From Rebecca billardiae RCC1528 (Eukaryota > Protista > Haptophyta), in NCBI GenBank assembly GCA_965240325.2, contig OZ251222.1, forward strand, positions 3,286,001 to 3,350,000: a DNA stretch of 64,000 nucleotides, in the 5' to 3' direction. Under the pieces are notes generated by a model. It did not search any database. It saw only the letters and a list, made by a program, of their open reading frames with translations, and was not told the origin of the DNA. Position numbers and translations under genes: made by a program. How positions within the stretch are numbered: the stretch's first letter is position 1; each line of letters begins with the position of its first letter. Below are positions 1 through 11,754 of this stretch, one piece after another.

Positions 1-249
<249 letters not shown>

Positions 250-1079
250 GGCGACGTCGCGATGGTGCCCGCCGACGCGGCCCCCGCCCCGCTCGCTGGC
301 CCCGGGTGCGAAGCACACGGGGCTGGTGGGGCGGGGGCCGCATGCCTGTGGTGCTCCCCCATGCTTATCTTCGGCAATCTCCTGCGCGCTCGTCGGCCTC
401 GCGGCACTCCTGCTTGGCTGCAACATGACTACGACTAGTTCTACGACCTCTACGACCACTTCTTCCTCCCTTCGTGCGCACGCGCTGGCCCTCGCAGGGC
501 CAGTCGGACGCGGCGTGGGTGGCGGCACGAGCGCGGCCAGCGCGCTCGGCCTGCCTGCCTGCGAGCCTCCATGGATGCGTGCGCGTGGGGCCGGGTTCTG
601 CCACCGTTCATTGCCAACAGCAACTGGGCACGGACCTGCGACGAGGCATGCCGCCTTTCCCCACGCGCCCTTCAGGTTGTCCCGGCTCAGCCGGTCGCTT
701 CGGCGGCCGACGGGCCCTCGGCCGGCTCCCCCTTCCCGGGGACTCGGTGGGGCACCGCCAGGAGTGTCTCGCGGCGGGCGGGCCGAGCGCGCGGGTCGCC
801 AGCTGACCCCGCGACGTTCGATTCGACTGCTCTGCGCTGGCACGTGCACGCGGAGATCAACCACACGCAGCGGGTCCGGGATAGGCACTGGCACCCTCTT
901 TCTCCAGCCGGCCGCCGGCTGCATCGCCTCGGGGGGCGATGCAGCAGGTGGACGCCGCTGCCACCCATCTGGCCCTTGGCGCCGGCCTCCACCGTGCCCC
1001 TCGCTCCACCCTAGGTGGGGCAGGGGGTGCGGGGTGTGACGAGCCCAGGGGCCAGGTTCCCCAGCATCAAGCACTGCAT

Positions 1080-1400
1080 CTGCAGCAGCCCGCCGGCGGG
1101 CCGGGCTGCGACATCGACTACCACCTCATCTGCTTCATCGCCCAGAGCGCGCTAGGCGGCGCGCTCACTCTCCAAGCCCCTCTTCTGCAGCTGCGCGCCG
1201 CTTGGCCGGCGCGCGGCGACGCGCACTACGACCTCATCCTCATCCAGGCGCCCACGCGGGCGCACGGGGGCGACAGCCGCGGCTGCCGCTTGCCGGAGCT
1301 GCTCGCCGCTAGGTCGGCGGGCGGCGACATCGACTACGACCTCACCCTCATCCAAGTGCTCCGGAAGGCGCTCGGCCGCGGCGGCATCTGCCGTCGCCGT
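1080..1400. repeat. Degenerate 108-bp tandem repeat, about 3 copies
   Basis: The core GCGAC..ACTAC.ACCTCA recurs at 1108, 1216 and 1324 (exact 108-nt period). It reads D(I/A)xYxL on + and DExEVVVxVAAR on -. Confidence 0.75.
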
Positions 1401-1566
1401 CGTGGACGTGTGCCCCAGGCAGAGGCGGTGCTCCATCCCGGCCCCGCTCCCGTAGGGGGGCAGGGCTGCGGGTGGCGCACTGTCTGACCTGGTCGGAAGG
1501 CGCGGACGCATTCTATGTGTCTGTTGCACTCTGAGCCTGACGCTTGTCCGATGCTGCCACGTCGTT

Positions 1567-1572
1567 AAATAA

Positions 1573-1616
<44 letters not shown>

Positions 1617-1660
1617 TGATGAGTCCGAAGTAACTGTATTATATATATATATATATATAT
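1567..1660. repeat. (TAAA)n tail plus two (AT)n microsatellites
   Basis: Directly visible. Confidence 0.9.
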
Positions 1661-1987
1661 AACAGTCAAGTGAGTGATGAGGACTGAGGAGTCCGGTCGG
1701 ACTCGGACCCGCCCTAGCCTAATTTAGTATTCGTGATGATGATCATCATCTCATAGTTACGTGATCGTGATGCATCGTCCGACGACTAGGCCGTGACGAC
1801 AGCGCTTATTGCGCTGAAATATCGTCGCCGTGTACGACTGTGCGCGTAGCCGTAGGCCGCCGGTCACCGACACCGCTGCGGCCATGTCACAGATGAGATA
1901 ATAGACGAGATGTCGTCTATCGATTCGTCATCAGCCTGCGCCCACTGGCTTGCCGTACAGGTCCTTGGTCTTGGTCAGCGTGTTAAC

Positions 1988-4070
1988 CTAAGGTGCACGA
2001 CCGGGCGGCGCGGCGCGCGTGATGGATATTGTAAGCGGGCAGAGCTTTAGCTTGGCGCGCCGAGCACAGCGCGGCGCAGGCCGAGGCGGCCATCGCAGTC
2101 GACGGTGACGCCCGGGGCGCACGCAGCGAGTCAGAGTGCACACCTGCATGTGCGGCCACATAATGAGCCCATCGGTCTTCGCGCATGCGTCGCTCTCCTT
2201 GGGGGTGCACGAGTAGCACTGGCGGTGCTGCTCGCCAGCGATCTCGTTGAACGTCTGGCCTTGGAATTTCTCCTGGTCACCCTCGTAGACCTTGTCCATT
2301 CCGGCACACGCGGTCAAGCAGCCATCGCCGGACTCGGCTGTGACGCCGGCGCAGTTCAGGCAGTCGAAGCGCTGCTGGAACTTCATCATCACTCGCTGGG
2401 CGTACTGGAGCACCTCCTTCTGCGAGCCATCTGCCGCCTGCACCTTCGAGATCCACAGGTGATTCTCAAAGTCGCTGTTGGCTGCCTGGGCCTGGATGAA
2501 CTGCGCAGGCAGACATCCATCAAGGCCCACATACGGACGGTAGTAGGGATAAATAGCAGCGCCGAGGGAAGGGCAGTGAGTGGCGCGTGAGCCCGGCGCA
2601 CGCATGGGGTGATGGATCGAGCGGACCAATTGAACACATGCGCAGTAGTGGCAGGCTCGGAAGCGCAGCCGGGAGCGGTGCACACGCCGGAGTCTGTGAG
2701 AGCTGCTCTGCTTTGAGCACGACGTGCGCCGAGCCGAGCACTGACTCGAACTGCTCCGCCTCGCTCACCAGGAATGGGTTCATCGTGAGGTAGGTAGGGT
2801 TCTCGGCCGTGCTATCCTCGTCGCGCACGCCTGCGGAGGCGGGGCCCCAGTCCTGGTCTGCGGTGGTGTACGAGTCTGCCGGGAAGCACGCCTGTGGCAC
2901 CGGCGTCACGTCCAGGTTTGCGCCGCGCAGGCTCTTCAGCAGCTCTTCCTTGGCGCCCGACCCGGAGCTTGAGTTGAAGGTCCCCTGAGCTGCCATCGTC
3001 ACGCCGTGCGGCACGACGCCCATGCGCGAGACCATCCAGTCCGAACCACCGCCGGAGGCGGGCACGGCGTTGTACATGTACATCCCCACCTCCTCGTGCA
3101 GCAGCCCACCCTCTTCGCCGTCTTCGTCCGTCGGCGACGTCTGGTACACCTGCAGCTTGTACCTGACGCCGTAGAGGAACTGGTCCATTTGGCAGCCGGG
3201 CGAGATTCCGTTGGCCCCCTCGTACCCGCGGTTGCGCACGGCGCCGAGCACCGGCTCGAAGGTGATCTCCTCGCGGTACGTCTGGTTCTTGATCGAGTGA
3301 AAGGTCGCGCTCGGCTGGCCTGGGATGAGCGCAATCTCCTCCTTCAAGAAGGTGCCCTCGTCAGCAGCGGTCGGCCTGGTGATGGGCAGTGCATGTGCAG
3401 CGCGCGTGCCAGAGGAGGTGGGCGTGGGCGGGCGCTGTGAGCGCGCGGTGGGCGGGGGGCATGCACCGCATGCGGCACGCAGCGGCAGCGGCGCGCACGA
3501 GTAGGCTGGCACGGCAGTGTAGACCTTGCCAGCGGAGCCCTCCCACGTGCCCAGCAGGTGGCCGAGCGGGCCAAAGCAGGCGTGCAGGTCGGCGCTCTCC
3601 TCGTCGCCCGAGAGCATCGGCTCGTCCTTGCCGAACACGTTCACCTTGCACTGCCGCTTGCCCGGCTCAAGCTCAGCCATGCCCACCTCGACACACGCCT
3701 TCTGCGGGCCGGTGCCATCCTTCAGCCAGTCGTACTTGTTGCAAAATGCGTCATACAGGGCCTGGCGCTCGACGAGCAGGTCGCCCTGTGGCGAGCCTAC
3801 CGCAGTCGCGTCGCGCGTGCACTTGGGCTGCCAGCCTGATGGCTGCGAGATGAGCGGCGGGTGGTTGGCCGGGAGTGCGCCAGTGATCGCGTCGAGCGGG
3901 AGGGCTGACTTCTCCGGCAGGGCGTGATGCGCAGACGGCGCCGCTGCGAGCCGACTAGCAGCCACGAGAAGCGCCACTCCAGCCAGCCCAAGCGCGACCG
4001 CCGATGCCGCCACGCGCACGAGGGCGATGCGGCTCGCTGGCGTCGCCGCGCGGGCGGGGTGCATCATCAT
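1988..4070 (-). CDS. Membrane-anchored/secreted heme-binding beta-barrel protein, FMP-type peroxidase / nitrobindin-like (3 exons; 3' end uncertain)
   Basis: N-terminal hydrophobic anchor. Motifs FGPLGHLLGTWEG, YREEITF, VRNRG, LYGVRY, LLHEEVG, RMGVVPHG, LQYAQRV and WPHMQVCTL occur in the order I recall for bacterial FMP-type heme proteins. Introns 3376-3498 (GT-AG) and 2501-2687 (GC-AG; joins SQTP|FIQAQA). Confidence 0.72.
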
Positions 4071-4116
4071 CGCGGCCGGCCGTGTTCACGAGCTCACAGC
4101 GACGCCCGCGATACTC

Positions 4117-4441
4117 AATCTCGCTGCAGACCTGATGAGCTGTGGTCCCTCACGGTACTTTGTTCTAAGTAAACTGTATTCATAGTTTATGACGGTTCGA
4201 AGCTTTCTACCCCTGCCCCGCCTCGGGCCTCTCAGGAAACACTGCCGTACCCATGAATGACTTAATACAGGGAATTTAGTCATTTTTCCCCTTTATAACG
4301 GGCTCCGGGTAGGGAAGTCGTTTTTCTCCCTTGACTAATTATATGATTTAAAGACACAGGCACTATCATACATTCATGTTTCCTACAGTTTACTTAAGAA
4401 TAAGAGACGCACCAGCCGCCACAGCTCAGGCAGGCGAGATT
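4117..4441. repeat. Imperfect inverted repeat (arms 4117-4178 and 4384-4441) in the divergent intergenic region; MITE-like
   Basis: Left arm AATCTCGC..TGAGCTGTGG..TTCTAAGTAAACTGTA matches the reverse complement of TACAGTTTACTTAAGAA..CCACAGCTCA..GCGAGATT. Confidence 0.7.
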
Positions 4442-4704
4442 ACCTGTGTCGTCAAATCATAGAATGAGTCGACAGCAAACCTGCCATTCATAACGTTTCA
4501 AAGGTGTTTTTTTAAATTATTATTATGAAAGACTCATTTTGGGAGAAGTGTTCGCGAGCCGCGCTGGCGCCGCGGGATCATCCCAAGCGACGACCGGCCG
4601 CCGAGCTCGGCGCGGCTTGCGGCAAATTTCGGTCGTCGGCACGGAGTCGACCACTACCCACGCCGGACGGGCGCGAGCGCGAGACGCCTTTCGATTCGGG
4701 CCGC

Positions 4705-7190
4705 ATGCTCCTCGTCGCCAAGCGCGCCCTACTCAGCCGCGCGGCAGCGCTGGTGCTGACGGGGGCAGCCGTGCTGTGTGCCATCGCGCTCGTCTCGACG
4801 GCTCGAGGCGCGCTCGCGAGCGACTCGGCATTGAACGGCGATGATGACGCCGCGGGCGACGGCGATGCGCCGCCCAGCGCACTCAAGGCCGGCTTGTTCA
4901 CGTGCGCCGCGGGCGCGACGGCGGACGATGCCCTTGGGATCGACTATGCCTGCAACGACCTCCGGTACGCCTCGCCCTCCACCTATCTCCACTCCTACGC
5001 GGCCGGCGGCGCCGATCCACAGTACGACCTCCTGATCGTGGGCGCTGGCGTGCAGGCGGCGTACCTCGTTGACAACCTACGCGACGCGCTGGGCAAGGTG
5101 GCATTCAACAAGCTGCGCATCGGCATCTTCGAGGCCGAGCGCATGACCGGCGGCCGGCTCATGTCCGCCTGGGGCGGTGGTGACCTCAGCTACACCTCGC
5201 AGCTCCGCTCGCCCGGCGACACCGTGCCCATGGAGTACGGCGGCATGCGAATCGATCCCAAGACGCACTTCCTCGCGTTCGATGCGCTGCGCAAGACGGC
5301 GAAGTGGCACGATCCGGACGCCAAGTGCGAGCGCAACAACGACGTCAACCCCGGCACCATCCTCAAGGCGGACGGCTCGGACCAGGCGGGCGTGTCCGTC
5401 CTCATGGATGCCCTCAAGGCCCTCTATGGCGGCGAGGGCGTCTACACGGGGCTCGGGCAGACTGCTGACTGCCCGGGGTACCTCACGCACATGAACACGG
5501 CGGTGATGCGCTACTTCACCAACGGCTCGAAGGCTGAGTTCGGGGACTACCTCCGCTCGTCCACCCTCTTCGACGATGGCTCTGTCGAGGCGGGCTGCCT
5601 CGACCTGATCGGCCACACAAACACACTCTTCGAGGCCAACAGGGAGAAGATGCTCAACGAGTCGAAGAGCTTCGTCGAGCTGGTGAACAACGCGTGCACG
5701 TTCGCATGCAAGCAGACCGACACGTACGCCGACTTTTGCACGCTGTGCGCCAAGTTCCCGCCGGGCAGGCAGGGCCAGAACCTCGTCTCTTGCATTGGGT
5801 ATGACGACCTTCCGGGCGTATCGCCCGCAGTCGGCATCGACGAGGCGGCAGCGGTGACCGGCCGCGGCGACTACTCGTGCACCCCAGCGACCTCGCCGGG
5901 GTGCTCGTATCTCTACCTCTTCAACCACGGAATGCAGACCTTTGCGCAGGAGCTGCTCGCCGGCAAGCCAAACACGGGCTTCAACCCAGTCGGCGTGGTG
6001 CGCGCCAACCCTGCTCTCTTCACGGCGCACGCGCGTGCGCGTGCGTGCGCGCCGCGCCACCTGCCCAGCCGGCACGGCCGGCCGGTGATTAGTGCGCGCT
6101 CCGACGAGCGGGCGTGTGGCGTGGCCCCGGCGTGCGCGACGTGCGCAATGCGTCCCGCAGATCTTCGAGAAGCGCCTGAAGGGTGTCAAGTACGACGGCG
6201 CCGACGCCAAACCGCTCGCCGCCGCCCTCACCGGCAAGCACAAGGTCAAGGAGTGGGCCTCGCCCGTTGCGCACACGGACGCCCCAGCTGCGCCCAAGAC
6301 GCTCACGCTGGACTTTGAAGACGGCTCGAGCGTGAGTGCGAAGGCGGCGTACCTCACGATGGTCCCCGACGACCTCACCAAGATCGACACTTTCTCGCCC
6401 TGGGCCCCACTCAGCGAGAAGGCCTTCATGAAATTCGGCGCGGACAAGCTCTTCATGCACTGGGCGGACGGGTTGCCCCAGAAGCTCAAGGAGTCGACCG
6501 GCGACCCAGACAAGCCGGACGATCGCAAGCGGCTGGTGCTCGACGGCGACCGCCCGGGCTGGGTGTCGCGTCAGGTGTTCCAGTGGGACAACCGCACCAT
6601 CCTCGTCTACGGTACCGCGCCCGAAGACCCCACACTGCCGGTCAATGTGATGCAGCAGATCATTCAGGCACGCGCGGCGCGCCCGCGCCCGCCGGCGCAC
6701 GCGCGAGCGCATCAACCCGTGTGCAGCGGGTGATCCGCCGCGCCAGGGAGCTGCTCTCGATCGGCACACGCGCTGACTCACCTCGCCCGCCCTGCATCTG
6801 CCCCCCTACGCTGCATCGTTCCGCGCCAAGCAGACCAAGGGGATGAATACCGCGATCCAGACGGTCGTGGACGAGCTCAACGTGGCCCACGGCGTGACCG
6901 AGGACAGCGCAGACGGCATCCCGATGCCGTCGTGGGCGCGCGTGAAGGGCTGGCCGGGCGGCACGTTGTCCTACTACAAGGAGGACTGTGGCGAGCTCAA
7001 TGTCGACCCGTTCGCCTTCTCCTCGCGCTTCGAACGCCCCCTGGGCGAGGATGTGCCGCTCTTCTACGGCTCGTCCGAAATGAATGCGCATGGCGGCTCT
7101 GGCTGGGTGGAGGGCTCTCTCGAGGAAGTCGTGCTCAACTTCCAGCCCATCAAGGCGATGCTGAGCGACATCGCGGCGGGCAGGGCGTGA
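4705..7190 (+). CDS. Membrane-anchored FAD-dependent amine / L-amino-acid oxidase (achacin/aplysianin-like LAAO), 3 exons
   Basis: Signal anchor; Rossmann motif LLIVGAGVQA; GG motif FEAERMTGGRLMS; MEYGGMRI; C-terminal GWVEGSLE. Introns 5998-6160 (GT-AG) and 6668-6833 (GC-AG) restore the frame. Confidence 0.82.
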
Positions 7191-7707
7191 AGAAGCGCGA
7201 GAAAAGACGATCGACGTCGTTGCGGATGTGGAGGCGGCCGCGACCTGGCGGCGCAGAGATCCTGTCCGCGGTACGCGCGGCCCGCCCGCGGTTCGCTCGG
7301 TAGCTACCACTACCATTCATCGCCGGCTTCATTCAATCATTCGTCAATCATCATAGTGGCGGCATCACCACGGCCTTCTGTCGACTTGCTGGCCGATCAT
7401 ACTACTGTATTGCCCGTCTATACGACCACTCGTTGCACCCTCGACTGGTCATGAGGTCCGGATCCTTGTCACTCGGATGTCGACGGTCGTATATACCGGT
7501 AAGTGGCGGTAACGCGGTTCAGTAACGGGTAAGTATACCGCCTGGCATCAGTCGATTATGAGTATTTATTGATATATAATTATTATAAATATAATTATAA
7601 TAATTATTAGAAGTATATATTCGGCCGGGTTAATAGTAATCGATCTCGATCCGCGGTCGCGCGTCGGCGTGACGGCGTCAGTGCCGTCTGATATGCCGTA
7701 GTCAGTC

Positions 7708-7708
<1 letters not shown>

Positions 7709-7753
<45 letters not shown>
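7709..7753. repeat. (CT)n microsatellite
   Basis: Directly visible. Confidence 0.97.
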
Positions 7754-7755
<2 letters not shown>

Positions 7756-8383
7756 GTAGTATATTTCGTCGCCTCGTTACGGAATCGGGAATCATCATTA
7801 TATAATATGACCGCGTTCCGCGGTCCTTTTCCGTAGAACGAACGTAGTTCGGGGCCCGCGGTGGCGGTGCACCCTCCGTCGCAGTCGTCTATTGACAGAC
7901 CAGCCAGTTGCATGCCCGTACAACTAGACTCCAGCGGCGCGCCGCTGCGCCCCGGCGCCGGCGCCGCGGGCGCGGGCCCATCGCAGCCGCCGGCGCGGCG
8001 CCCGGATTGTGTACAGGCGGATGCGACGAGGCGTGATCGACGAATGAGCGCGACTCCACGTGCACGCCAGGCCACGTGGAGCTGACAGCCAGGGAACACT
8101 GTGCGGGGCCGCGGATTCGTTCGGGCCGCTGCTGCTGACCGCGCTGTCTGTCGTCACACCGCGCCGCGGCAGCGCCAGGAGTAGTCAGTAGATGATTTGC
8201 ACTGGTCCGAGTAGGGTTCGACCAGCGCCTGCGCGACGGCCGACAGGCGGGCGCGAGGCGTGATCGACGCATGAGCGCAACTCTATCTACGCGGAGCTGA
8301 CAGCCAGAGGGAGCACTGTGTGTGCCGAGGTGCGAGGGCACCGGTGATCGTTATTTCGCGCGCCGCGCGTGCACTGCACGGGG

Positions 8384-8900
8384 TCACGGGGTGACACACC
8401 TCGGTCGGGCTCGGCACGCGTCGCAGAGGCACGGCCAGCTCTGGGGACGTCGCGCACCACCGTCGCCCGCGCCGCAGCTCGTCCTCCTAGGTCCGCCCGT
8501 CCAGCGCTGCAGACAGACTCGCCGGCGCGGGCCGAGAGTGAGTGCCGCAAAGCGGCTGCCAGCTGTTGGGCCGGGTGAGGAGGAGGGAGGGAGCTGGCCT
8601 GCGGGGCGCGTGGTGAAGTCGGTGATCAGTCGCGTCGCGCTCCCCCTGGCGATTGCGCCCTCGTCCTCCAGCACGGTGCGGACTTTGCGAACGAAGTTGT
8701 AGATCGACCATTTGGGCACGTTGTACTTCACGGCCGCAGAGGGCACGTCCTGCTCGTGCCTCACGACTGAGATGGCAGCAGCGATGCTCTGGAGCGTGCT
8801 CTTAGCCACCTTCTTCACTGCCCCGGATTCGAGCAGCACGTTCAATACGCGGCGAGCGCGGTCCTCGTCGGCGTCGCCAGCTGACGTGCTCGGCATCATG
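8384..8900 (-). CDS. Small ORF with pipsqueak/CENP-B-like HTH (possible pogo/Tigger relic or captured fragment)
   Basis: AAAISVVRHEQDVPSAAVKYNVPKWSIYNFVRK resembles the HTH_psq pattern AxxAVxxxxSxxxAAxxYxVPxxTL. ATG at 8900; no DDE domain follows. Confidence 0.45.
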
Positions 8901-9037
8901 TCCACGTGAGCGCAAAAGTGGCCTCGAGCCTGCTCCTGGCTCGCCAGAGGGCAAAAGGCCAATAGCTACTCCCAATTCCCGAAGGCTGATGATGAATACG
9001 CACACGTGCGCCTGATGAATATCGATGATATTCTGCT

Positions 9038-9583
9038 CGACCCCGCCTAGCAGTCCATGAACCATATACATTATAATGTATGAAAACGAAGCGGTGCAAA
9101 TGATGTTCTCCAGTATAGTGGATACGACCCCGACGAAGCGATTTTATGCCTGCGTGAACCATACATATGAATACGAAGCGCGGTGCAAATGTTCTCCAGT
9201 AGTGAATACGACCCCGACGAAGCCAATATATATCGGTTGGTTACTTCGCTGATCCCGTAAGGACGTGCAAAAATAGCCTCAAAGAAGCTGACGCTTGTAT
9301 TGGACTTGTACGACCCCGCCTAGCAGTCCATGAACCATATACATTATAATGTATGAAAACGAAGCGGTGCAAATGATGTTCTCCAGTATAGTGGATACGA
9401 CCCCGACGAAGCGATTTTATGCCTGCGTGAACCATACATATGAATACGAAGCGCGGTGCAAATGTTCTCCAGTAGTGAATACGACCCCGACGAAGCCAAT
9501 ATATATCGGTTGGTTACTTCGCTGATCCCGTAAGGACGTGCAAAAATAGCCTCAAAGAAGCTGACGCTTGTATTGGACTTGTA
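9038..9583. repeat. 273-bp tandem duplication (9038-9310, 9311-9583) with internal sub-repeats
   Basis: Both copies run CGACCCCGCCTAGCAG ... TATTGGACTTGTA and look identical. Each holds two related units TGAACCATA..GCGGTGCAAATG..ATACGACCCCGACGAAGC. Confidence 0.95.
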
Positions 9584-9847
9584 ACCGTCCTACTTCACAC
9601 AGAAGTGAACTCTCACGCCCGGCCGTCCACGATTGATTAGGGGAATGTCGTGGACGCGGTTTTTTTCTCCGTGATGCATCTGTAGAGAGGGTCTCAAAAT
9701 TCGAAACTCGGTCTCCGCCAGCCCTAAAAATCGGCCCCCGCGTCCCTTTTTCTTGATCAAAGATCTTTTTGAAACGTGGTTCCGGCCCGCTGGTGCGGGC
9801 TCCACGCTGCGCGCTCCGCCCTGCACCGCGGGCCATTATCATACTAG

Positions 9848-10007
<160 letters not shown>

Positions 10008-10137
10008 TGCTACGACTTGACGACAGTTGACCGTTATACAGTCGTCCTGCCGTCGTAGCATGATTCGTTAAATCGTTATTAGATCGAGCGCGCGTCGTCG
10101 ACTTGGAGTCGGTCTAGACTGTGGTGGGTGGATGCGG

Positions 10138-11625
10138 TCACCCTGAGCGCCGCAGCCGGCTGACAAAGAAGCCGTCTACCCCTCCCTCACTTGCGCACAT
10201 GGACGGGAGCACGCGCAGATCTCCCGCCGGCGTGAGCGCAGCATGCAGCGCGGGCGCAACATCAGCCTCGCTGAGCGGCAGACGCTCGCACGCGATCGGC
10301 GGATCGGCGAGGGCGTCGGGCTCAGCGACCTCCCGCAAGAGCGCATCGATCTGCTCCTCGCCCTCCGCCGTGAGTAGCGAGCACGTCGAGTAGACCACGA
10401 CCCCGCCTGGACGCACGAGCGCCAGGCCGGCGCGCAGCAAGTCCGCCTGCGAGCGCAGCAGACGGCGCAGGGTGATGGCCTTGGGCGGCTGAAGCACGCA
10501 CGCGGGGTGGCGGCGGACGAGCCCCGTGCCCGAGCACGGCGCGTCGACGAGCACGGCGTCTGCGCGCACGCCCGCCGCCGCCTGCTTGCGCGCCCACTCC
10601 GCGCCCTCTGCGCGCACCACCTCGCGCACCGTGCCGCGCGCGCCGGCCGCGCACCGCGCCAGGTTCTCTTCGAGCCGAGAGAGACGGCCGCTCGAGCGGT
10701 CGACGGCGGTGAGCTCGGCGCCGGAGGCGAGCAGCTGGAGGGCCTTGCCACCGGGCGCGGCGCACAGGTCGCACACGTGCGCACCCTCCACCCCGGTCCC
10801 TGCCGCCGCGAGGGCATCCACCGCCGCCGTCGCCGCCATGTCCTGCACCCACCACGCGCCCTCCTTGAAGCCCGGCATGCGCGCGAGCGCCCCTCGCGTA
10901 GACGGCGCGAGCCGGACGGTGCGCGTGCCGACGAGCGAGCCGCCGAGCTTCTGCGCCCACTCGAGCGCACTTGCCTCATCCTGCGCGTCGCGCAGCGTGA
11001 GGTCGAGCGGCGGCTCGCGGAGCATCGCCGCACCGATCGCAGCGCGCGCTTCTTCGTCCGCGATCAGCGCGAGCTTTGCATCAAACCAGGGCGGGAGCGC
11101 GCGTGACGCATCTTCGAGGATGGCGGCGTGCTCTTCGCGCCGTTCGGAGATGCCGCGCAGGCGCTTGTTGATCAGCCCCTTGAATGAGCCCAGCCCGGAC
11201 GCCTTCGCGAGCTCGACCGCGGAGGACACGGCCGCGTACTCGGGCGTGCCAAGGACGAGCAGGTCACACGCGCCCAGCCGGAGTACGTCGCGCAGCGAGC
11301 GCGACGTGGGGAGCTCGCCCTGAGTCTCGATAATCGTGTCCAGCTGGTGCATGCGGCGGACCGTCAGCGTCGAGAGCCGGCGCACGAACGTGCGCCGCCT
11401 GGGCGGGAGCTTTGCAAGCCTGTCCGAGCCGCGCAGCTCGTCGTCGAGCGCTGCCCCCGCCTGCACGGCGGTGAGCACGTCGAGGGCGAGCGCGCGTGGG
11501 CGTGTGTCGGGACTGCGGCGACCCGGGCGAGCTCCTGTCGCCGTTGCGCTGCCCCCGCACCCAACCACAAGCAGCGCGAACAACCCCACCCGGCCAAGCC
11601 GGGCGGCCACGTGCGAGGACGCCAT
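10138..11625 (-). CDS. rsmB: RsmB/Sun-type rRNA m5C methyltransferase with NusB-like N-domain, probably plastid-targeted
   Basis: Motifs WWVQDMAA, DLCAAPGGK, LVDAPCSGTG, YSTCSL, DGFFVSRL. NusB-like LRLGACDL..PEYAAVSSAVELAK. Signal-peptide-like N-terminus from ATG 11625. Confidence 0.88.
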   Translation of the reverse strand: MASSHVAARLGRVGLFALLVVGCGGSATATGARPGRRSPDTRPRALALDVLTAVQAGAALDDELRGSDRLAKLPPRRRTFVRRLSTLTVRRMHQLDTIIETQGELPTSRSLRDVLRLGACDLLVLGTPEYAAVSSAVELAKASGLGSFKGLINKRLRGISERREEHAAILEDASRALPPWFDAKLALIADEEARAAIGAAMLREPPLDLTLRDAQDEASALEWAQKLGGSLVGTRTVRLAPSTRGALARMPGFKEGAWWVQDMAATAAVDALAAAGTGVEGAHVCDLCAAPGGKALQLLASGAELTAVDRSSGRLSRLEENLARCAAGARGTVREVVRAEGAEWARKQAAAGVRADAVLVDAPCSGTGLVRRHPACVLQPPKAITLRRLLRSQADLLRAGLALVRPGGVVVYSTCSLLTAEGEEQIDALLREVAEPDALADPPIACERLPLSEADVAPALHAALTPAGDLRVLPSMCASEGGVDGFFVSRLRRSG

Positions 11626-11754
11626 GCGAACGCGCCGCCGAGAAAACAAATACAGTATGGGGGTAAACTGATACGAACCGGCGCGCGGGAAGGGCCCGGG
11701 CGTCGTCGACCGCGGCCGAGCTCGAGCGCGAGAGCTTGGCGTGCGCCGCCCGAG

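Larger units (their letters stand above)
7710..9847 (+). mobile_element. Possible non-autonomous Helitron-like element
   Basis: TC-rich start; GC hairpin 9784-9834 followed 9 nt later by CTAG (9844-9847) next to a (TA)n tract; internal tandem duplications and an HTH ORF. No Rep/helicase is present. Confidence 0.35.

Noticed and set aside
1616-1640. Hammerhead ribozyme cores (CTGATGAG here and at 4132, CTGATGA at about 46298)
   Set aside because: None has the required GAAA after stem II or convincing stems I/III.
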